Shown here piece by piece: positions 47,534 to 60,760 of a DNA stretch of 64,000 nucleotides (the first letter of the stretch is position 1; every line of letters begins with the position of its first letter). The notes under the pieces were generated by a model. It did no database searches, had not been told where the DNA came from, and saw only the letters and a program-made list of their open reading frames with translations. The DNA is from Azolla caroliniana (taxonomy: Eukaryota; Plantae; Polypodiophyta): NCBI GenBank assembly GCA_043228905.1, contig JBHGNT010000022.1, positions 11,098,001 through 11,162,000 of the forward strand, read 5' to 3'. The translations under genes and the position numbers were made by a program.

Positions 47534-48300
47534 TGTCATGGTGTGGCGTGTTCAGTGTGAGAAAGAACGAGGTTCCACCCACATCTCATGAAATCATGTA
47601 TAAAATACAACAACAACAATAATAATAATAAGTAACTTGTAGTAGCTTAGTGGTGAAGGTCTATAAGTACATGTAGAGAGGTGTAGAGTTTGAGTCTCTC
47701 TTCCTACAAATCAAGGGGCATTTTGCTCCCCTTCCATTTTTATGACAAAGGAAATAAAATAAAAATGTATGTAATGTTAAAATAAGCTCCTCTTTCCTCT
47801 ATAAGAGAGAAGGGATAGGTCTTACTTGGGGGTCGCCCATTTTGTCTTAGGGGTGTACCACTAGGGTTTAATCATCTTCTCTTTTTACCTTCTAGGGTTA
47901 GCTTCTTCTTTTCTCCTCAACATACTAGAGGAATTAGGATTTTAGGGTTTGAGAGTTTTGCTTCTAGTATTGTACTTCTTACTCGAGATATTTTAGGGCT
48001 TGGATTCCTTCCACAATGGCTTCTTTGGCATCTCGGTGGTAGTAAACTCGGTCGCCCGTTTTGTCTTCTAGGCCTTGGATTATACTTCTTACTCGATATA
48101 TTTTAGGGCTTGGATTCCTTATACATCAACTTCTTCACCATCTCGGTGGTAGTCAACTCGGTGGCCCATTGCGGAAGGGAGGTTGTAGTGGCACGAGGGC
48201 TACTCCGAATCAAGGCAACATAGCCGTTGGGAGTAGTCGAGCTCGAAGCCCACTAGACTCACCTTCGCTAGATTATTTTAGCCTTTGATTATTTCATAAT
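47534..48300 (+). repeat. LTR-like sequence of an unidentified family, truncating the Tcn1-like gag
   Basis: Starts TGTCATGG exactly where the gag stops. It has a TATA-like motif, an internal ~110-bp duplication (47970-48170) and A/B-box-like motifs at 47643-47700. The right boundary is uncertain. Confidence 0.5.
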
Positions 48301-49159
48301 CGATTATTGTAAAAACCACCGAAATTGTGGTGTCAAGCTTAGCAATTCCAAAGAAAACAAAAACCCGCTTTGATTCATAGCTGTTTTTTTATTAATCATG
48401 AAATGGATTCTATGTATAAAAAAAACCACCGAAATCGTGGTATTAAATCTAACTTGCGTATAAATTGCCCATGTCTTTGTCTTGATCTCCCACTTCCTCA
48501 CTACTTTTGTCTCCCCGGTCCAAGGCCCCGGCGGTCCCGTTCGAGCGACACACACACGCGAAACTTCGCGACAACGGTCTTAAGCAAGAACCGCGTGGTT
48601 GGCATTCGAAGATCACACGGTAACTTCACCAAATCGGATAACTCCATGTATGTCATGATATGGCAAGACTCGAACCCATGACCTTATGCTACATGGGTCG
48701 AGCTCTTGACCATTAGACTATACATTGTAATACGTAAAATATTATTTTCATTTATATTTTATTATAGAAAATTGATGTATATTCCAGATTTCTCTAGAAC
48801 ATTCTAGAAACTTCAGGAGTATTCCTTAGAACACTATAAAAGGAGGCACAAGGCATTATTTCGAACCAAATCGGTTCAACGCCAATCTTAAGCCTCCTAG
48901 CTACTGTACATTTTCTTCACATAATATATATCTTTTCTTATCATCACTCTCTCTCTCTCTCTCTCTCGATCTCTCTCTCTCTCCCTCTCACTCACTCTTT
49001 CCTTCTCTCGAGAGTTCTTCACCTCTCTTAGTACTAATACTTCTTTTAGTACTAATTCCTTCTCTGTCTTAGTACTGTTCCTGACAGTTTGAACCGATTT
49101 CCTTACCTTCTGTCTCTCTCATTTCCTACTAATCTCTTATTCCTCTTTTCTTTCATCCC

Positions 49160-50311
49160 ATGGCCACTGTTAGCGCTGAAGAATATCAATCTGTTTTCTC
49201 GGAATTTCAATGCTTGAAAGAGAAGTTCCATGCTTTGGAACAAGAAAACCAACGGTTGCTGGGGGATCTTCAGCAAATCTCCTTACAAAAGCAGCAAACG
49301 CAACAACAGCATGGGGAACTTGCGTTACGCGTGCAACAACTCAAAGCCACCATCGTAGCGATGCAACAACAAGGGCCCGGAACACAAGGGATTCATAAAG
49401 AACCCAAGATTGGCCTTCCCACGAAGTTCGATGGAACGCGATCGCAGTTTAGAGGGTTCCTTAACCAAGTACGATTAGTTATTCAAATGCATCCTTCCCG
49501 ATATCCCACCGATGCATCACGAGTGGGTTTAGTAGGCACTTTGTTAAGTGGCTCAGCGTTGGCATGGTTCGCTCCACTATTAGAAAAGGAATCTCCGTTA
49601 CTCAACAATTTTGAAGAGTTTCTAGGTGAGTTTAAAGCATGTTTCGGAGATATTGACAGCATCAGGACCGCAATCAACAAAATTCGGCGATTACACCAAG
49701 GTGACCGTCCAGCCTCTGCATACGCTGCAGATTTTCGCCTACTCGCCGCCGATATCCCTTGGGATGATCAAGCGTTGATGGAGCAATTCTGTTATGGTTT
49801 ACGCAACGACGTCAAGGATTTACTCTTGACCTTCCCCGAAGAGCCAAAGTCCTTAACAGAAGCAATCAGTCGTGCGGTGAGATGTGACAACCGCCTCCTT
49901 GAGCGACATTCGGAACGACAGCTACAAATGCCGAGGGCAAGATCAGAGCCCACCTACGCCTCAGTGGTATCAAGACCTTTTCCGAGGGAGTCATATAATG
50001 CGCCTCCAGCGAATAATCCGACTCCGATGGAGATTGACACTACACGTAGTCGAGGGCCATTATCCGAAGAAGAAAAGCAGCGACGCCGTACAAATCGACT
50101 ATGTCTTTACTGCGGTGGACCAGGACATATTGCAATAAATTGCCCCCATAGGCCAAGAAGACAAGTAAATCAAATAGTCGCTAGTTCTAATTGTACTAAA
50201 CCCGAGCCTATTTCAGTAGGGATATCTGATAGTCCTAATAGTACTAATAGCCCAGATCTAGCGAACAGATTTGATGTCCTTAGTCAGTTAGAAGAAGAGT
50301 TAAACAACTAA
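49160..50311 (+). CDS. Gag (Ty3/gypsy, CCHC knuckle)
   Basis: 383-aa intact ORF with a coiled-coil N-terminus, PTKFDG, LHQG, PMEID and CLYCGGPGHIAINC. Confidence 0.92.
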   Translation: MATVSAEEYQSVFSEFQCLKEKFHALEQENQRLLGDLQQISLQKQQTQQQHGELALRVQQLKATIVAMQQQGPGTQGIHKEPKIGLPTKFDGTRSQFRGFLNQVRLVIQMHPSRYPTDASRVGLVGTLLSGSALAWFAPLLEKESPLLNNFEEFLGEFKACFGDIDSIRTAINKIRRLHQGDRPASAYAADFRLLAADIPWDDQALMEQFCYGLRNDVKDLLLTFPEEPKSLTEAISRAVRCDNRLLERHSERQLQMPRARSEPTYASVVSRPFPRESYNAPPANNPTPMEIDTTRSRGPLSEEEKQRRRTNRLCLYCGGPGHIAINCPHRPRRQVNQIVASSNCTKPEPISVGISDSPNSTNSPDLANRFDVLSQLEEELNN

Positions 50312-53300
50312 GTCCAGCCAAAATAGGAGCCGTTTGGTTGGACAGCCCTAGATTTGTGCAGCCCATTAGTGGTTCTATTTCCTCTAAGCAAGTTAGTGAT
50401 GTGTTTGTAGCCCAAGTAATAGTTAGTACTAAAAGTACCCCTCCAGTACATGTCCTAGCACTCCTAGATTCCGGAGCTAACTCTTGCTTTATGGATAAGA
50501 AATTTGCTCACGCTCATAAGATATCCCTAAGAAAACTCCAGTGTCCAGCCTCTGTAGTAGTCATTGATGGACGTCCCATTGCTTCCAGAAATATCATAGA
50601 AGAGTCAGAGCCCATTAATATTGTCCTAGATAACTTAGCATGTGTAGTATCATTTAATATTATTAGTATCCCAGAACATCCCATAGTTTTAGGATTACCG
50701 TGGTTCGAGTTCCATAACCCAGACATAGATTGGAGAACAAGAGAAATACGGTGTCGACAAACCCAAGGGTCAACTCAGAAGATGGCAACCATTTCGCTAT
50801 GTCAGTTGCGTAAAGAAGGGCGCAAGGAAGAAATATTCCTCTTTGCAATATCAGTAAACCCCTCAAGCACCACTAAAGAAGAATCCACCGTTCAACTTCC
50901 CGAGAAGTATCGTCATTACATCGATGTGTTCGATAAAGTACAAGCCAACACACTTCCTCATCATCGACCGTACGATTGCCCCATCGATTTACAACCGCGA
51001 AAAGAGCCGCCATGGGGACCGATCTACAATTTGTCACCAACCGAGCTAGAAGTCCTTCGGGCCTATATAGAGAAGAATTTGGAAAATGGTTTCATTCGGC
51101 ATTCGAAATCTCCAGCTGGCACGCCCATTTTCTTCGTCAAGAAAAAGGATGGATCGCTTTGTCTCGTTGTAGATTACCGTGGCCTGAATAAGGTTACAAT
51201 TAGGAATATGTATGCTCTTCCCCTTATCTCAAGTATTTTAGAACGGATCAATGGTGCCAGGTTCTTCACGAAGATCGACTTACGGGGAGCATATAACCTC
51301 GTACGGATCCGACCAGGAGACGAATAGAAGACCGCGTTTCACACCAGATATGGGCACTTCGAGTATACGGTCCTGCCGTTCGGCCTCACTAATGCGTCGG
51401 CAGTCTTTCAGCACATGGCTAATGATATATTCCGAGATCTATTGGATGATTGTTTGATCATCTATTTGGATGATCTACTGGTTTATTCAAAGACCCAAGA
51501 AGAACATGATTCTCATGTACTATTAGTACTAAAACGACTTCGAGAACATGGTCTGTATGCAAAGCTGGAAAAATGTAGTTTCGGGTGCAACCAAGTGGAA
51601 TTTCTCGGGTACATCATTTCGTCAGAAGGCATCTCCATGGACCCAGCTAAGGTCAAAACGGTGGTAGAATGGCAGACTCCGCGTTCGGTGCGGGATGTGC
51701 AATGCTTCCTAGGCTTTGCCAATTTTTACCGGAAGTTCATACAAGATTACTCAAAGATCGTTCATCTGGTCTGAAGAAACGGACATGGCTTTCGAGAGTC
51801 TTAAAAAGGCATTTACATCGGCTCCAATTCTAGCTCATGTCGATCCGGAAAAACCATTCATTATCGAAGCTGACCCATCGGATTTTGCATTGGGGAGAAT
51901 TCTGACACAACAGGGGAATGATGAGAAGCTACATCCTGTGGCTTTTCACTCACGCAAGTTTGACGCCGCCAAAATCAACTACGAAATTCATGATAAGGAG
52001 CTATTGGCAATAGTGGATTCTTTTATGCAATGGAGGCATTTTCTAGAGGGATCCTCTCATCCGGTCACTGTATTTAGTGACCACAAGAACCTTGCCTACT
52101 TTCAGGATGCTCGTGTGTTGAATCGACGTCAAGCTCGGTGGGCCCACTTCCTCACGCGTTTCGACTTCAAAATTATATATCGTCCGGGGAAGCACCAAGG
52201 GAAGGCAGATGCATTATCACGGCGTTCGTATCTAGCACCCCGTCCCGATGAGCCAGCTTTCGATAACCAAAAACAAGTCATCTTCGGACCGGCACGACTA
52301 CAAGCAACACAGATCTTTGACATGCCCATGGATTCCCGTGTTATCGATACCATACGCGAAGACTTGAAGACAGATGCGTTCGCCCAAGCTATACTAGCAC
52401 AAATTGATCCCTCTCGAGCGTCGTGTTCACAGTCGCAACCACCAGGTATGGACTATCGGCAATTCAAATACCATGATGGATTACTCTTCTTTAAAGAACT
52501 TTTGTATGTTCCTAATGGTTCTTGCCGCCTTCAAGTAGTACAAAACTGTCATGACACATATACAGTTGGGCATTTTGGTAGTACTAAAACATTACATTTA
52601 GTACAACGATCATTCTGGTGGCCCTGTATGCGACAATTTGTCGAGGATTTTGTTCGGACTTGTGATACATGTTGCAGAGCGAAAATGCCAAGGCATCATC
52701 CATATGGTTTATTAGAACCATTACCAATTCCAAGCAAGCCGTGGCAATCTATTGCTCTAGACTTCATCACAGATCTTCCAGTCTCTAAGGGGTTCAATGC
52801 GATTCTAACGGTGGTCGATCGATATACGAAGATGGCTCATTTCTTGCCATGTACTAAGGAGATCTCCAGTGAAGACACTGCCGAAATTATCATGCGTGAA
52901 GTATGTCGGCATCATGGACTTCCCGATAGTATCATCAACGACCGTGGACCCCAGTTCGTGTCAAAATTCTGGAAGCACCTTTTTAACATGCTCAGGGTCA
53001 CTTGTAACCTCTCCTCCGGCTACCACCCCCAAACCGATGGCCAAGCTGAACGAACCAATCAAATGATGGAGCAGTATCTACGGTGCTTTCTCAGCTATCA
53101 TCAGGATGACTGGGTAGATATTCTCCACTTCGCCAAATTTGCCTATAACAACTCTATCCACGCATCCACTAAAGTTACACCATTTTATGCTTATACGGGA
53201 TGTCACCCTCGGTGGTGTGTACTTGAAACCCCAGAGGTGTCCACAAATCCTTGCGCAGAAGATCATTTGGAGAGGTTACGCAAGATACAAGCGGATGTAT

Positions 53301-53853
53301 CTACTCACGTCCAACAAGCTCAACAAACACACAAGGTTTATGCGGATCGTCATCGACTCCCATCTAGTTTTAACATTGGAGATCGGGTATGGCTACTCCG
53401 ACGACACATCAAGACCACTCGCCCATGCGAGAAGTTGGATTATCGGCGATTAGGTCCTTTCCGTATTATAGGAAAGATTAATGATGTCGCTTTTCGTCTT
53501 GATCTACCTCCACAACTTCGGATACATCCGATGTTTCATAGTTCTCCCCTCGAACCCTATCAAGAGAGCACCATCCCAGGATTACACAGCCTCCACCCCC
53601 GATCGAGCTTGAAGATGGACCTGAGTACGAGGTTGCCGCCATCCTTGATTCCAAGCTTGTTCGCAACAAGCTCTACTATCTAGTCGATTGGCTAGGATAT
53701 AGTCCCAACGAGCGTACTTCGGAACCGATAGAGAATGTCACCAAAGCTCATGCTCTTCTTGAAGACTTCCATCGTCAATATCCAGACAAACCGGGTCCTC
53801 AATCCAAAACGACTCGTTACACTCGTCGTTTTAAAGGGGGGATAGTGTCATGA
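50300..53853 (+). pseudogene. Pol (PR-RT-RH-INT-chromodomain) in the -1 frame relative to gag
   Basis: Motifs LDSGA, YLDD and GPF. There is a stop at 51325, a deletion/frameshift near 51760 and a frameshift near 53580. Confidence 0.92.
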
Positions 53854-55396
53854 TATAGCAAGACTCGAACCCATGACCTTATGCTACATGGGTCGAGCTC
53901 TTGACCATTAGACTATACATTGTAATACGGAGAATATTATTTTCATTTATGTTTTATTATAGAAAATTGATGTATATTCCAGATTTCTCTAGAACATTCT
54001 AGAAACTTCAGGAGTATTCCTTAGAACATTATAAAAGGAGGCACAAGGCATTATTTCGAACCAAATCGGTTCAACGCCAGTCTTAAGCCTCCTAGCTACT
54101 GTACATTTTCTTCACATAATATATATCTTTTCTTATCATCACTCTCTCTCTCTCTCTCGATCTCTCTCTCCCTCCCTCTCACTCACTCTTTCCTTCTCTC
54201 GAGACTTCTTCACCTCTCTTAGTACTAATACTTCTTTTAGTACTAATTCATTCTCTGTCTTAGTACTGTTCCTGACAATGTACATCCAAAACGAGTCGAC
54301 CAACCCAATTGTCATCATCCTATACTGTTAAGAGTCTATTACTAATCAATAGACCAAACTAAAGTAAAAGAAGGAAAATAGAATGGATAGAATAACCCGT
54401 TCCACCTTACCACCCTTGAGCTATGATCTAGACATAGCCAACCTACCACCGGTGTCCCATACCGCCAGATATTAGGATGACTAATACCTTGGAAGAGATA
54501 AACACGATCGTCAAGACGAAAGCCTAGCCCGCACCACCGGTGTCTAAGACAGCAGCCTTCCGACGTAATGTCATTATGAGGGTAGCTAAGCCTCATATTT
54601 ATACCTTTTCCTAGGCACCTTGAATAGATGTGCCTTTCTAAAAGGCTCTCCATTCATTGGTTGTCCAAATCATGATAGTGCATGGACTTATCATTCCTTC
54701 TATCCAATCATTAGTCCCCTTTTTAACATTAGTGAACATACCCTTCACTAATGTAAATATTGGTGACCTACCCTCACCAATGTTATGTGTACATAACATA
54801 CTCCCCTACTTCAAAAGATTGCACTCTTGCAATATAAAGTGAGGAAATTGTGCCTTAAGAGTATGCTCGTGTTCCCATGTGGCATCATCAATAGGTTTAT
54901 CCATCCATTTGATCTTGAATAGCCGAATCTCTTTAAAACGTAAACGTTTAGTACGAGAATCAAGAATTTATTCAAGAACATGAGGTTTGTAAGAAAAATC
55001 CTCTAATGTTACAAGATCTTGGATTGTGATGGTGTTATCACCAAAGCCTAAAAATGGTTTTAGATTACTAACGTGAAAAACAGGATGAATACCAACGTTA
55101 CGGGGTAAGGCATGGTGATAAGTAGATGACCCAACCCGCTTAAGGATTTCAAATGGGCCACAATATCGTGGGGCTAACTTTGCCCACTTGCCCGTAGACA
55201 ATGACATAGAGTCAGTAGGGACACGCAAAAAAACTTTTTGACCAATAGTAAATGCACGAGGACGTCAATCCTGATCAACATAAAATCGAGCACGATCTTG
55301 CCATGTCTTGACATTCTCTTTGGCAATATGCAACATTTGGTTCATGTCTTGCAAAAAATTGTGTGTACTATCTAATGTATCATGATGAATCATGAC

Positions 55397-56036
55397 TTTT
55401 GGGAATATGTCCCTCCAGTGGGAGGAAGAGCCGACTGTTCGGAAAGCCGACTATCGAAGGGTCTAAAACAGTGATTCGACTATTTGAGAATTCGATTGTT
55501 ATTATTATTATGGTAATAATAATGATGATGTTAGGAAACAGATCACTCCGGGTGGGGAGAGAGAGGAGCCGAGTTCGGCCGAGGCCGAAACCAGAATCGT
55601 GTATATAGCCAACTCAGGAGACTATACTTGTAAATAGTCTCAATGTGCGCCCCATGAGGGCTAGGTATGTAAATGGCCAGAAAGTTGTGTAAGTATATAT
55701 GCAACTAGGGCAAACTTTAAGATGTAGAATAGATAGAGAATAGAAGAGAACATAAATGTGTGTGTGTGAGAGAGAGAGAGGTGTGAGCCGCGCCATAGCT
55801 GTGTGAGCAACAACAGACGCGAAGAGCCCTGTGCGGCTGATCCACTCACAAGAGTGTTGTAATCCTCTCTGTATTGTATATCCACTGTCTATAGTGAAGT
55901 TCCGTTCCCGTGGTTTTCCCCGTTTTAGGGTTTCCACGTAAATCTATATGCATAGTTGTCTATCTTGTCTTTCTGTGATTCGTATTTTAGCATTGTCTGT
56001 TCATTGTGATTTAAATTCCACAACGATTTCTCAACA
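55397..56036 (+). mobile_element. Copia-type solo or composite LTR inserted in a chromovirus integrase
   Basis: Resembles the copia A/C LTRs (tgttaggaaacag at 55529, gggtttccacgt, ends CAACA). It is flanked by the 10-bp direct repeat GAATCATGAC. Confidence 0.75.
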
Positions 56037-59000
56037 GAATCATGACATCAACTGGGGCACGTGGCTGAAAACCATAAATCAACATAAAAGGACTATATCC
56101 AATCGATGTATGTTTAGAGCTATTATATGCAAATTCTAAGATAGGAAGGTATTGTTCCCACTTAGAAGGGGTTTTTGCTACATAAGCTCGAAGCATGTCC
56201 TCAATAATTTGATTAACTCGTTCAGTTTGTCCATTAGACTGAGGATGATCTGCAGAACTCATGCTCAACGTAGTTTCTAGTTTCTTAAAGACCTGAGTCC
56301 AAAAGTCACTAGTAAACTTGGAATCTCGATCACTAACAATATCCATCGGTAATCCATAAAAGCGAAATAACTCATCAACAAATTGATAAGCCAATTGTTG
56401 AGCGATTACCTTGGTTTTGGTAGGAATAAATCTAGCCAATTTTGTTAGTCTATCAACGACAACCCAAATGGCATCATAACCCCTCTGTGTACGAGGTAAA
56501 CTAACAATAAAATTCATCGAGATACTTTCCCATTTGTTGTTGGGAATATCTAAGGGATGTAAAAGACCCGCAGATTTAAGTCGTTCCGACTTATTAATCT
56601 GACATTGTAAGCATTGAATTACGAATTTATGCACGTCAGAGCGCATCTTAGGCCAGAAAAAAGTACTCGAGATGAGAACAAGTGTGCGTTGTATTCTAGG
56701 ATGACCAACAGATGGTGCATCATGACATTCATGAAGAATTTTCTGTTTTACGTTTGGTAATCGGGAACACATACCTTTCCAGTACGGTAGAGCAAACCGT
56801 TTGTAATGTGAAAGGTCGCCTTCGAGGGTAGGGTGCTAGTATCAGCATCTAAACCAGATTCGGCTTTCGTCCAGTATTTCAAAAAATAACTGTCATCAAG
56901 GTATTTCCCTCGAAGGTGATCTAAAAGATCAGACTTTATTTTCGTGAAGTTAAGCATGTTAACTTCTTTAATGCAACTAATAGCATCCGCAACAGTGTTC
57001 ATAGAACCCTTGCGATACCGTATGGAAAAATCAAAATCTTGCATAAGGTCAGCCCAACGGCCTTTACGACCAACAAGATCTGGTTGGTCACAAAAATACT
57101 TCAATGATTGATGGTCTGTTGTAACCACAAATTTATTTCCATAGATAGTGCCTCCATGTTTTAACTGCATGTATTACCGCAAACAACTCTTTCTCTTGAA
57201 CTAAATACCGAGATTGAGCAGCATCAAGCTTCTTACTTTCAAAAGCAATAGGGTGACCGCCTTGATAAAGAACGACAACAATAGCATAATCATTGGCATC
57301 GGTTTCGATTGAGAAAGGCTTAGAAGGGTCTGGTAATAGAAGAGTGGGAGCCAGACACACATGCTCTTTGAGTGTCTCAAATGATTTGTCAAGTTGTTCA
57401 TTCCATGCAATTGGTTTGATAGACTTACGTGGATGACCTTTTAAAAGGTCAGTTAATGGTGTAGTCAATTTGGAATAGTTACGAATTGATTTTCGTAAAA
57501 ATCCAACAAACGCTAAGAATGATCGCAGTTCACGAATAAGGAATGGGCCAAAGTTTAACCTTTTCAATACGAGAAGGTTCAATTTCAATACCATTTTCTA
57601 TAATTAAATGACCTAGGTACACAATAGATTTTTGGAAAAAATCACATTTTGAATGTTTTGCATAGAAAGAGTTGTCACGCAACTTTTGCAAAACAAATCG
57701 AACATGTTGAACATGATCTTGCAAGGTACGGCTATATATCATCCAAGAAGACAACAACAAAATCACCGAGTTGATCTCGGAAAATGTCATTCTTTTTGGA
57801 AAGTGGTTGGAGCATTAGTCAACCCGAAAGGCATAAATAAAAACTCATAATGGCCATAGCGCGTACGAAAAGCGGTTTTAGGAATATCATCCTCGGCAAT
57901 ACGAATCTTATGATAACCTGTCCATAAGTCAATTTTCGTAAAATATCGGGCCCCATACCGAGTTGATCTCGGAAAACGTCATTCTTTTTGGAATGTGGCT
58001 GGAGCATTAGTCAACCCGAAAGGCATAAATAAAAACTCATAATGGCCATAGAGCGTACGAAAAGCAGTTTTAGGAATATCATCCTCGGCAATGCGAATCT
58101 GATGATAACCTGTCCGTAAGTCAATTTTCATAAAATATCGGGCCCCATGCAAACGATCAATCAAATCATCGGCACGAGGTAACGGATATGCATTTTTAAT
58201 TGTCATTTTATTCAAACAGCGATAATTGATACACATTCGCCATGAACCTTCCTTCTTCTTAACCAATAGAACTGGTGCACCCCAAAGTGATTTACTATAC
58301 CTAATGTGGCCCATACTCAAGTATTCCTTAAGTTGTTTAGCGATCTCATCCTCTTCTAATCGACTAAGTCGGTAAGGTGGAATGCTCACAGGTGCAGCAC
58401 CAGGAATGAGTTCAATTTGGTGGTCCACATTAGGTTTTGGTGGTAAAGTAAGTGGCAATTCGTTAGGAAACACGTCTTGAAAATCGTCTAAAATAGAGTC
58501 GAGTAATCGTTGTTCATAATGTGGTAATTGTGTGGCGTCAATATTAAAATAATAAAATTGAAGCGCAAGATCAATTACACACGAATAAATTAATGAACTT
58601 GAATACTCACTTAAAGATTTAGAAGACACAAGTGAACAAGAAGGAAGTTTGGAACATTGAATAAAATGTTTACAATTATTAAGTTCAAATGTGATTGAGT
58701 GATTAACCCAATCAATGGACAAAGAAGGGTTTTTATTTAAAAAACCAAGGGTATCCTAAAATGACATCTGCGGATTGTAGTTTCATAACATGAAAGTCAA
58801 GCTTCTCCAAATAGGTATCTATTTGAATTGACAATTGACAAACAATGCCACTGATGTATTGAACACTTCCATTTGCCATGTGAACTTGATAGATATGATC
58901 ACTTGCGTTTAGGTGGAGTTCCATTTGCTGCACAAAGTGATCATTAAGAAAATTGTGAGAACTACCGAAATCAAACAAGAAATGTGCTTGTGTTCCATTG

Positions 59001-60577
59001 ATATACCCGACTGCTTGGAGTAAATCATTAGGTCCAAGTAAATGTGAAGGAAAAGTGCATTCACATGAACTTAAGTGGTTGGTATGAACTTCAACAACAT
59101 CAAAAGACTCACCTGTGTGACTCGTAGATTCGCCTTGAGGAGGGGTGTTCATTGACTTCCTCTCAAGACGACGACAGGTATCCTTTGTGTGGCCCCATTT
59201 CTTGCAATATGCACAGAAGAGGTTAGGTTTCTTGGAGTCGTGGTCAAGAGTGTCATTGGATTGCTTACGTTTCCCAATGAACTTGACATTCGGAGTTTTG
59301 GTGAACTCAGGTTTATTGTGGTCTTTCTTGGAAGTCCTATGGTACCAAAGTACAATGTTGACGGCTTCCTCAAAAGTTGTGGGGTCCTTGTCATGGACAA
59401 TCCAATGTTAATCCCCATTAGGAATACCATTCAAAAAGCAAGCAACAAACCATTTCTCACCCGTAAGTCCCAATTTTTGGATCTGGGTCCGAGCATGATG
59501 CACATAATCCTCGAGAGAGGTAAATGGCTTACTCGATAACGTGAGCAAGTGTTGTGCTTGTTTAGTTTGAGAAGGTGGCTGCAAAAACTGTTTCTTAAAA
59601 ACATCAACAAAATCTTCCCAAGTTGTGGGTAAGTTCTTTGCAGTCCTTAGGCCACGCCACCAAGCAGCAGCTCAGCCACCTAACTCACGACCGACGTAAC
59701 CAATTTTTACAGCATCAGGCTTGGGGTGGAGCTCAAAGTGAGATTCTCAACGACCAAGCCAAGTGTTAATGGCCTCCTCGGTTCTTTCTTTCTTATCTCC
59801 CTTGAATGGCGTTACTACGAAAGAAGGCTCACCTTCTTTCTTGGACTTAATAGTCAATTCTTGGGGAAAAATTTCCAATGCCATATTGTCCTGCCTCATT
59901 TCGGCCAATTGATTCAAGGTAGTAGTGAGCAATTGCTCAATAGTGATCTCAGCTTGTGTGCGAGATGTGGATTGGAGTTGAGAGGTCTCGGACGGAGAGA
60001 TTGCTCCAACAACGTTCAAAACTTGTTCCATGATGCAAGTTGTGGGTATGCAATATAAATAAGGAGGTTCAGAAAATACACAAGCAAAATGAATGCTTGA
60101 AATTTTGATTGTAAGAACTTTACCAAGAAAGCATCTCACATCTTTAGCCCTCTAGACATATGAGATGTGATTCGAGATCTGATAACTATGGTAAAACTAT
60201 GGTGTTTTAAAAACCATGGGGGAAAACATAGCTAAGATGTCTTTCTCGGATCTCTATCTTGAATAATCATGGCGGCTCCCCGAGGCTCAACCATGGTTTT
60301 AACATCAACGTAGTTTCCTAGTTAGCCTTATATTAGAATGCCAACCCAATATGTATTGATATGGTCGAGAAAGTGTATTACGTGAAAAAACAAGTGCACT
60401 TGCAAGTAATATTCTAGTCTTGCGAGTAACAAGCAAATGTTATGACAAAAACGATAAAATAAGGCACTACCCATAAGAATCAAGCAATGACAAAAACAAG
60501 GGTCAAAAAACTCATGTGTTACCTACTAAAAATAAAATGTCACAAATAAATGGATGGTGCGAGGTATGCACATATAC

Positions 60578-60706
60578 TGTCAGGAACTCTATTAAGGCAG
60601 AGAAGGAATTAGTACTAAAAGAAGGATTAGTACTATTGTTGGGGAATAGTACTAAGACAGAGAAGGATTAGTACTATGAGAGGTGTCGAACTTTGAGAGA
60701 AGGAAT

Positions 60707-60760
<54 letters not shown>

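Larger units (their letters stand above)
48651..54277 (+). mobile_element. Full-length Tcn1-like chromovirus with intact gag and disrupted pol
   Basis: LTRs 48651-49086 and 53846-54277, TSD ATGTA, PPT AAAGGGGGGATAG. Confidence 0.96.
48308..60577 (-). mobile_element. Decayed chromovirus related to the second family, carrying nested insertions
   Basis: gag ~59150-60130, PR, RT (191-bp tandem duplication ~57770-58150), RH, INT and chromodomain to ~54800. PPT lies at ~54800. The 3' LTR starts at 54798 and is split by the 48651-54277 element. The left boundary is tentative. Confidence 0.8.
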
